Shown: positions 55,101-64,000 of the stretch, one piece after another
Position numbering within the stretch: the first letter of the stretch is position 1
How the letters are laid out: the number at the start of each line of letters is the position of its first letter
Source of the DNA: Octopus sinensis
Taxonomy: Eukaryota
NCBI RefSeq assembly: GCF_006345805.1
Contig: NC_043008.1
Coordinates: 70,122,001-70,186,000, forward strand
Length of the DNA: 64,000 nucleotides
Direction of reading: 5' to 3'
Program-made: the position numbers and the translations under genes
Notes under the pieces: generated by a model
What the model was told of the DNA's origin: nothing
The model's database searches: none
The model's input: the letters and a program-made list of their open reading frames with translations, nothing else

Positions 55101-55496
55101 GTATGTGTGTCTAATTTTTGCATATCAGTGTCTGTGTGTGTATATACACATACATATTTATATATATTGGAGTAAATGCGCTAAGCAGTGTTTATGTATA
55201 ATCACAATTTAGGTTAGTTGAAATATGTTTGTCACATATTTCAACTGCCAAAAGCAAATACATTGCAGTTACCATAGAGAAAAATTCTCTCTTATGGTAA
55301 AAAGGTGTGAAAACACTCCGTTTGTTCAGTTTTGCCCTCTCTTGGGAATCTGAGACATCAATGTTTCAAGTTTGCTGACTCTTGTTGATCAAATGTACCT
55401 GAGAGGGGCAACCCTGAATGAACTGGCAAGGCTTATGGCTTTCAGCACTGCGAGTATACTTGTTAGATAGCAACTGAAAGAAACCCAATAGATATA

Positions 55497-55542
<46 letters not shown>

Positions 55543-56162
55543 TATATCCTTTAAGTTCCTATACAGGAAACGTTTAGAATATGCATATAAAATCTTCTAT
55601 TTTATTGTGCTGGCTACAGCTTAATGATGCCAATTGGCAATACCAGTTTGTTTTTGGTTGTTCTGAGCTGTGCCAATATAATGGTTCTTCCAAGGATTGT
55701 TATTGTTACTACTATAATTATATATATATATATAAATATCTGTATATGTCTATGCTTGTGTATAACTGTTATATCATGATAGTTGTAAATGAGTGGCACC
55801 ACCATGTATGTGGTGTCCTTCCCCAATCTTTTGTAAAGACATATCTGGATAGACATAAAGGTTGGTGACAGGAAGCACATCAGGCTGAAAAAATCTGCTG
55901 AAACAAATTCCATCTGACCCATGCTAGTATAGTCAAGTGGATGTTAAACGATGATGATTATATATATATATATATACACACACACACATATAGGGTTCAT
56001 TGCTCGAAATGAGGAGTAGATAGACTGCTGACAACTGATGAAGGGTCGTTCTTTGTGTTACTTGTCCTGTTTTCCATTTTTCCCTCTCCTTGTTTGCGTA
56101 TTTAACTCATTTGTTTTCATATTTCATGTTGTTTACTATTGGTGACGTCCTGTACTAATATA

Positions 56163-56200
<38 letters not shown>

Positions 56201-56279
56201 CACACACATACATACATATAGTATTTATATTTTTTCATTGAATGCCAGTCATCTATTTCCAAGTAAGTTTATATAAACC

Positions 56280-57521
56280 TAGATAAACTTAGATATGTTT
56301 CGACCAAAGATTGGTCTAGGCCATGTCTAACTTAATAGCACCACCTGATAAGATTATGTAAATCCTTTTTAAGTCAAGTTTTGTGGTATCATGGTCAATT
56401 CAAGTAGTGAGTTCTTATTGAGTGAGTTGTATCCAGATATAGGTGGCTTATCTGGTATTCCTTGAAGAAATTTATCCAGACTCCATTTAAAGGTGATGGG
56501 ATCCTTTTCCTCTTTGATCAGTTTTGGGACAATGTTAAATATGTTAAACAGGGCATGGCCCATTGAGGAAAAGAAATTGTGTCGCAGTGTACCTATATGT
56601 TGTGATCCTGAATTGGGCAGGGGATATATGGCTCGTGGTCCCAACCTTGGATGAACCTTGAAGCTGATGTTTAGGTTGTTTGGGCAATGCTGGCAGTATA
56701 TTCTCCACATTGTGCAAATCATATACCATTCATGGTGGCGCTGAGAGAGTAGTTTCAAGGCTTTAAGGTGGTCCCAGTAATCAAGATCAGTCATGCCCTT
56801 AATTCGTTTAGTGAATGCCCTCTGGGGTGATTCAATTTTCGAGATGTTTTTTTTTTTATGGGGAGACCACCAAGGGAAGCAGTATTCAAGGTGTGGCTGT
56901 ACAAAGGAGAAGAAAAATGGAATGATGACACCTTGTTCTCTGAACTGGGAGGTTCTTAGGATCCAGGAGCTCATCCTACAAGCTATATCCACCTTATTGT
57001 TGATGTAGGCACTCCAACTGAGGTTGTTATCAACAATTACTCATAGGTCTCTCATATCAGTTGCTGTGAGCGGTTCCCCTGAAGGAAGAGTGTATGGCTG
57101 TTTTAGTATAGCCTTTCTTCCAAAATGGATCAGCTCATATTTTCCCTCGTTTAGTTGCATTTTGTTTTTGTATGCTCATTGACTCACTGCATATAGACAG
57201 AAGTTTAGTTCGGTCTTCTTCATTGATGATTTTCTGGAGCTTAGTGTCATCAGCAAATATTTTCACTTTGCAGTGTTTTATGACACTAGAAAGGTCGTTT
57301 ATATAGATTATAAAGAGGAGCAGGACCAAGACAGTTCCATGAGAGACATCACGGGTGACATTTGCTGGGCTTGAGTGGACTCTATCGACCACAACATGTT
57401 GTGTTCTATTCGCCAGAAAATACTCAATGCAGTGTAGAAGATTTTCACAGATTCCAACATTTGCCAATTTTGAGAGTAAGATATTATGGTCAACCCTGTC
57501 GAATGCTTTACTGAAGTCAAG
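56280..57521 (-). mobile_element. 5'-truncated CR1-clade LINE (RT domain and C-terminus)
   Basis: LDFSKAFDRVDHNILLSKL, LFIIYINDL, KIFADDTKL, VQPHLEYCFPWWSP, IESPQRAFTKRI and FKWSLDKFLQGIPDKP, with frameshifts. Confidence 0.92.
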
Positions 57522-57523
57522 TA

Positions 57524-57554
<31 letters not shown>

Positions 57555-57574
57555 ATATATATGTATATATATAT

Positions 57575-57610
<36 letters not shown>

Positions 57611-57880
57611 TATAATATATATATATATACTTGTATTTTTCAAATGTCTTCACTTTGGCATGCTGAAGCCAGAAATAACTGTGCAGTTAATAAATTTCAG
57701 CAGCTAATTTACCGGTTAGAGTACATTTTTATTTAAAATTAATATTTATATATATATATATTTGTGTGTGTATATATATATATATTTATATATTTGTGTA
57801 TATATATATTTATATATTTGTGCATATATATATATTTATATATGTATATTTATTTTTGTATATATATTTATGTATATATT

Positions 57881-57925
<45 letters not shown>

Positions 57926-58015
57926 GTATATATATTTATATATTTGTGTGTGTATATATATATTTATATATTTGTGTGTATATACATATATTTATATATG
58001 TATGTATGTATATAC
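57520..58015. repeat. (TA)n-derived complex microsatellite/minisatellite (atatttgtgtatatat units)
   Basis: Directly visible; source of the YI-rich spurious ORFs. Confidence 0.9.
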
Positions 58016-58384
58016 ATAATATGGTTATGTGCATGCCTAAATCAACAAAGAAAATTGAATTACATTTACATTTAACCTTTAAAACAATAATGGTTCAGCA
58101 GCAAAAGAAAAAAGAAAAAGAACGAAAGAGTTAAATAATGCCATGTACTTTGATTCTTTGAATTATAGAAACCATTTTCTACATATTTTGTCCATCTGAA
58201 ATCCTTTGGGCCAAAACATTTTGCCATTTTTATCAATTATTTCTGTTTTTGTATCAATTATTCCCCTTCAGCTATTTTATGTGACTGTGATTTTATGCCA
58301 ATGTTTAATTCAGTTACTTTGTCTTTTTCTTCTTTTCCTTCTACTCCTTCTCACAGAGCTCCATTATTTTGCTTTCTTTTACAG

Positions 58385-58414
58385 ATAACCCAGTGAGGGA
58401 AAAAACTAAACCAA
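58385..58414 (+). CDS. 30-nt phase 1-1 microexon encoding the Ig1-Ig2 linker (D)NPVREKTKP
   Basis: Long pyrimidine tract and ttttacag acceptor, canonical CAA|gtaagt donor. Frame-preserving between exons 46918-47128 and 63951+, giving ...RIT-DNPVREKTKP-SIQVSG... Confidence 0.78.
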
Positions 58415-58509
58415 GTAAGTACACATTAAAACGTGTATGGTGAGTGTATGTGAGAGAGAGAGAGAGCGTGTGTGTGTGAATATATGTGCATGTCTTTGCG
58501 TGTATATAT

Positions 58510-58690
58510 ATGTGGGGCTGCTGAAAATATCTTAGTATTAAGGGTATTGCAAAAGGCCTGGTTTGAAAAACTGAAGAACCATTGCAATAGGTGTGTGAAT
58601 CTAGGAGAATATGTTGAATAAAATCATAATTATCTGACTCTCCTGTATTTTCTTTTATCTAAAACCAGGAACTTTGCAGCACCCCTCATG
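58510..58690. mobile_element. Mariner-derived MITE, inverted copy of the 3185-3394 family
   Basis: ggggctgctgaaaat ... ccaggaactttgcagcacccc. Internal ggagaatatgttgaataa encodes the mariner C-terminus GEYVE*. Confidence 0.72.
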
Positions 58691-59305
58691 TGTGTATGTA
58701 TGTATGTATGTATGTATGTATGTATGTATGTATATATGTATGAAAGCATGAATGAATGTATGAATGAATTTTTTATCCTTCATCTTTTACTTGTTTCAGT
58801 CATTGGACTGCAGCCATGCTGGCACACTGCCTTCAAGGGTTTATAGTCACACAAATCAACCCAAGTTCTTATTTATCATATTTTAAAGCTTAGTACTTAT
58901 TGTAGCAGTCTCTTTTGCAAACTGCTAGGTTAGAAGACATAAAGCAATTGATAAATGGTGTGTGGGTATATGTGCATGTATACACACACACATTGATATC
59001 CATGGGGATGATAATTTTTTTTCTCTTTTGCCAGTTAAGACCATGCTCCATTTATTTGGTCTGTAGTTTTTAGTCATATTACTTGAGTTTATACCTCTGA
59101 CAAATGAACTTAGACAGACAAATAAACTAAAACTAATAAGAATAAAAACTAAAGTGAGGATCAAATAAATAGTGCAGGTCTTAAATTGGCAAAAAAAATG
59201 ACCATTTCCAAGTATAACAATATCTGTTTCAACATGCATTTTCACATGAAGAATCTTGTACTACAAATGCATAAACATAACACACACACACACACACACG
59301 CACAT

Positions 59306-59341
<36 letters not shown>

Positions 59342-59666
59342 TCAGATACATATCAATACATACATACATTGGTAACAGCATCTTATGATACTATGAAATG
59401 TGAATGAAATCTTGTTTAAAAATAAACAATTTTAACTTTGGCATGAAAAACAGATTTACTATGCAATTTTAATTTTTCCATGTACAAAATGCAAAAAGTA
59501 GTATTGAGTCTGAAGAACATCCAAGACAACTAGTTAGCCTCAGAATGATCTCACACAATTTCTGTTGAGTAAGAGATAAACTCCCATGGTAATAAATCAA
59601 TGTTTATATTTCACAGAGAAGCTCAAATTGTAGGTTTAATGAATGTAGATATTCTTTATATTTGAA

Positions 59667-59721
<55 letters not shown>

Positions 59722-60979
59722 CACAAGAATAGCTATGTGACAAGAAGCTTGCTCCCTAAGCACATGGTTCTGGTTTCAGTCCCACTGTGTGGCACCTTGG
59801 GCAGGTGTCTTTTACTATAGCCTCAGCCTTACCAAAGCCTATGGGTGGATGTAGTAGACAGAAACTAAAAGAAGCCTGTCATATATGTGTGTGTGTGTGT
59901 TTGTGTCTGTGTTTGTCCCCCACCACCAACTTCTGTTGGTGTGTTTATGTCCCTGTAACTTAGCAGTTTGGTGAAAGAGACTTGTTGAGTAAAAGAAGAA
60001 AGTACTGGGATCGATTCATTCAACTAAAATTCTTGAAGGTGGTGCCCCAGCATGGCTACAGTCTAGTGACAAAAACAAATAAAAGATAAAAGAAGAAAAA
60101 AAGTATATCATTTTGTTGCTTCTGTTTTTGCAGTAAGACATGCCAAATTGGATATAGTATGATCTCTTTTTCAACTCCTTGGCTTTATTGGGAGGACTTC
60201 AATCCATATCTCATGTCCATTCATTAAAAATTTCTAGAAGTAGTCCCTGTTACATGCAAGGGCCTATTTACACCCTAAAATATGTGGTGATAAAATAATA
60301 AAAGAAAAAAGGAAAGCTTCTAACAATCCAGAGAGGGAAGTTGAAAAATCTTTATATATTTCAGACGCAAAGGCCTATCTTTAGAAGTATTCTCTCAAAG
60401 AAATGTTTGTCTATGTAGATCCTGCCATTTGGATAACCAGATGAGCAGTGACCCTGTTTAAGTCTGACACTTGTGCAAGTAGCAGCAGGTCCCCAAATGA
60501 TAGTGTTGTTGGTGCCATAGAGGTCAAACTGGGGGTGGTGGTACAAAACTGGCTGTAAGCGGTGGTGAAAATTATTAGGTAATACCATGCAACATATCAG
60601 TTAATGCAGTACAAGACAATATAGACCTCTTGTCAAATATTTTGTTTGTTCAAACTACTGGGAGACAGGAAAGTAAATAAATGGACGTAGATAAACAGAG
60701 ACAAGGAGAGCATCTGTTTATCTAAAAATTGCAATCTTCATCTAAAGGGACTGCATCATTTTTAGTGTTGTCCTCATTACATATTCTAACCAGATTGTAT
60801 ACAACCTACAGATAGACACTTTACCATTATTATTATAATTATTATTATTATTATTATTATTATCATTATTATTATTATTATCATTATTATTATTATTATT
60901 ATCATCATCATTATCATTATTATTATTATTATCATTATTATTATTATTATTATCATCATCATTATCATTATTATTATTA

Positions 60980-61186
60980 TCATGCCAGAAAAAGTGCTTT
61001 CCAGCATTTCTTCTGGCTTTACATTTCAAGTTCAAATTCTGCCAAAGTTGACTTTGCTTTCCATCCTTTTGGGAATGATAAAATAAGTAGCATTGAAGTA
61101 CTGGGGTTGATGTAATCAACTAGCTGCCTCCCCAAATATTTCAGGTTTTGTGCCTATAATAGAAAGGATTATTATTATTATTATTT

Positions 61187-61237
<51 letters not shown>

Positions 61238-61470
61238 TATTATTATTATTCAGGTGGCAAACTGGTAGAATTGTTAGCATGCTGGGCATAATGCTTAATG
61301 GCATTTTGCCCATCTTTACATTCTGAGTTCAAATTCTGCTGAGGTCAACTTTGCCTTTCATCCTTTTGGAGTCAATAAATTAAGTACCAATTACATACTG
61401 CGGTTGACCTAATCAACTGGCTCCCTTCCACCAAATTTCAGACCTTGTGCCTATTGTAGAAAGGATTATT
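60980..61470 (+). mobile_element. Two tandem family-A SINEs within (ATT)n; two more at 63460-63880
   Basis: gagttcaaattc B-box, gcctttcatcctttt core and gtgcctat..tagaaaggattatt tail. Confidence 0.85.
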
Positions 61471-61479
61471 TTTATCATT

Positions 61480-62560
61480 ATAAAGCTGCTTTAGTTAGTA
61501 GGGATGTTGTCTGGGGATTTGGTGACAAGTATTCTCACATCTCAAGAATCTTTCTTAACATATTTGCAGAATACTGGTATTTTTCTGTAGGTTGTCAATA
61601 CTAGTCTCAATTGCAATTTCTTTCAGTCTCTTAGGAAGCAGTTTGGGTGTTGTGCCAAGTGTACCAACTATCGCAGGTACAATTGTTATTTTTGTCTTCC
61701 ATAATCTCTGGTTAGGTTCTGATATTTCTAAGTTTTTCAATTTCTTTCGTATCCACTCTGTATAATATAGTATTGCAAAATCTATGATTTTAGAGTTTCT
61801 CTTTTAACTCTCTCTTTTACTTGTTTCAGTCATTTGACTGTAGCCATGCTGTAGCATGGCTTTTAGTTGAAGAAATCGATCCCAGGACTTATTCTTTGTA
61901 AGCCTAGTACTTATTCTAAGTTACAGGGACCTAAAGCACACCAGCATTGGTTGTCAAGCGATGTTGGGGGACAAACACAGACACACAAACATACACACAC
62001 ACATATATACGATGGGATTCTTTCAGTTTCCGTCTACCAAATCCACTCACAAGGCTTTGGTCAGCCCAAGGTGCCACGCGGTGGGACTGAACCCAGAACC
62101 ATGCGGTTGGTAAGCAAGCTACTTACCTCACAGCCACTGTTGTTGTTGTAGTTATTATTATTATTATTTATTTTTTTTGTCTTCTTATTTCAGGAGACTG
62201 TAATTGTTATTCACCATTACAGCCTCTGGTTTGTGCTCATGCCACTTTTCTGTCCTTTTGAACCCACATATGTTAGCATTCTGATGCACACTTTTACCAA
62301 CATAGTCCTGCTTGCCTGAGCATATATTCATTTAGTAATAGCTTACTGCATTCACGAAAAAGATGGTTAATACTTTCATCTCTTTTTCACAGATTCTGTA
62401 TTTGCTCTCTGACTGAGTTTTATCAAGTTTTGTTGTTATTAAGTTTATTCTATTGGTTTGTTCCTGAGTGGTTAAAATTAGCAATTCAGTTTCTCATCAG
62501 GTTTTCATTTGTGAGCCTCAACCAGTGTTCTCCACTTCTAACATAATCTGTTGTAATAAT
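61480..62560 (-). mobile_element. R4/Dong-clade retrotransposon 3' region (RLE), interrupted by SINE 61810-62140
   Basis: ELLILTTQEQTNRINLITTKLDKTQ resembles AAQEQALRTN..K.KIDKT. QRLWKTKITIVPAIVGTLGTTPK...LQK lies at 61555-61740. The 3' end runs into a TAA-rich tract. Confidence 0.8.
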
Positions 62561-63044
62561 TGGCTCTGTGATTCTTATTCTTTCCAGCTGTTTCTGCCAT
62601 TCTTCCTTCTGTTCTCGAATTCTCCTACTGTTTCATATTATTACTATTATTATTACCATAAGACAGTGTATTGGCCGAATCCTCATACTTCAGAAAAATG
62701 CCTTGCAGTATTTCTACTGGTCCCTAATGTTTCTGAGTTTAAATCCCACCAAGGTTAACTTTGTCTTTCATACTTTTAGGGTTGACAGACTAAAGTACCA
62801 ACCAAATACAGGGGTCACTTGTGGGACTGCCAGGGATTGGCTTGTATATTTGTTGCTACTCTTGATGTCATTCCAATTGCCTTAATAGCAATGGGTAATG
62901 TTGATTTGAAATGCCACATTCTTTTACATTTCAATATTCAGGTTGTTAGATTTGCTCAGTTTCTCAAAGACAAGTCTTTTCAGAATAATTTTTCACAATG
63001 ATATCTGATTAATTAGCCTGTATTTTCCTATATTATTATTATTA

Positions 63045-63374
63045 TTATTGGTATTGTATTGGTATTGGCATCCTTTCTGTCTCGGGAGACAATGGAGTTG
63101 TGCATGAAGTAGTCTAGTCCGGCTTTTATATTTCATGTTCTGATACATTTCCTGCTGTGGCTGTGTAGTCCTATCCTGGACAAACACTCCCTCTGGCAGG
63201 TACCGCAAATGTAGCGAAGACTGTTCCTGGCTGGTTGTAGTGCCATAGTCTCTTGTTTACGTCTCTTCCTTTCTTTCCATTTCTCCTCTCTCTCTCTGTC
63301 ACTCCTTTGTATTCCCTCTTTTACTGTACATCGCCATTCTCCACGGTTGCCGGCAACTGCCTCCCAATCGCTAA

Positions 63375-63375
<1 letters not shown>
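63045..63375 (-). mobile_element. RTE/BovB-like LINE 3' end
   Basis: SDWEAVAGNRGEWR...YICGTCQRECLSRIGLHSHSRKC (RTE C-terminal zinc finger), a short 3' UTR and a (CCAATA)-type tail. Confidence 0.85.
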
Positions 63376-63416
<41 letters not shown>

Positions 63417-63427
63417 CATTATTTATG

Positions 63428-63462
<35 letters not shown>

Positions 63463-63950
63463 TAAGATAGCAAGTTGGCTGGCCAAAATGCTCAGTGGCA
63501 TTTCAACCATCTTCACATTTTGAGTTCAAATTCCACCAAAGTTGACTGCCTTTCATCCCTTTGGGGTTGATAAAGTAAGTGCCAGTTGAACACTGAGGTT
63601 GATGTAATTTTACTTATCCCTCCTCTGAAATTGCTAGCCTTGCACCAAAATTTGAAATGATTGTTATTCAGGTGACAAGCTAGCTAAATTGCTAGTATGT
63701 TGGGCAAAATACTTAGTAGTATTTCATCTGTCTTGTTCTGAGTTCAAATTCTGCTGCAGTTAACTTTACCTGTCATCCTTTCAGGGTCGATAAAATAAAT
63801 GCCAGTTGAACACTGAGGTTGATGTAATTTTACTTATCCCTCCCCTGAAATTGCTAGCCTTGTGCTAAAATTTGAGGTCATTATTATTATTATTATTTTT
63901 ACTTTTATTATTATTACTATTATCATCTTTGTTATTGCATCTTGTTGTAG

Positions 63951-64000
63951 GCATCCAGGTTTCTGGTAAATCATACATCGAGAAAGGAGATCCCATCAAA
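63951..64000 (+). CDS. Start of Ig2 exon of the Dpr/ZIG-8-like gene (truncated by window end)
   Basis: Acceptor ttgcatcttgttgtag ends at 63950. Phase 1 reading (S)IQVSGKSYIEKGDPIK fits the IxIxG...GDxIxL-C start of a second Ig domain in this family. Confidence 0.85.

Noticed and set aside
55490-55548. Perfect palindrome
   Set aside because: Mostly self-complementary (TA)n with about 10-bp flanks; trivial.
55990-56060. CGAAA...CTGATGA as a permuted hammerhead
   Set aside because: Could not build stems II and III around the boxes.
57135-58134. YI-repeat ORFs on both strands
   Set aside because: (TA)n microsatellites; only the CR1 RT part is meaningful.
60300-60740. Possible LINE RT fragment (SVRLKQGHCSS)
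   Set aside because: A single weak motif; insufficient support.

Overview
AT-rich, microsatellite- and SINE-dense animal DNA; the repeat families and simple-repeat style suggest an octopod cephalopod (Octopus sp.), which is an inference. Nearly the whole window lies inside one + strand multi-exon gene for a multi-Ig cell-surface protein of the Dpr/ZIG-8 ('zwei Ig', Wirin) type. Exons 492-616, 46918-47128, a 30-nt microexon at 58385-58414 and an exon from 63951 past the window end splice in frame to xFAQYEDNAPIPRFNPSPTNVTFRRGETAILHCSIENLGTKT|VMWRKASDPHPWTIGTYTYVKDSSVTVTHNEEANEWNLLIKNLEKRHGGVYVCQVSTRDRISRQVLLRIT|DNPVREKTKP|SIQVSGKSYIEKGDPIK. The first Ig domain is split by a 46.3-kb intron. The introns hold decayed Tc1/mariner and maT elements, MITEs, CR1, RTE and R4/Dong LINE fragments, several tRNA-derived SINE families, a 5S rRNA-derived copy, minisatellites, long inverted repeats and local duplications. 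Most ORFs in the supplied track are microsatellite or transposon artefacts. The most interesting signals are the Ig1-Ig2 linker microexon(s), possible truncating acceptors, intronic fold-back structures and a possible antisense exon. I saw no clearly new biological system.
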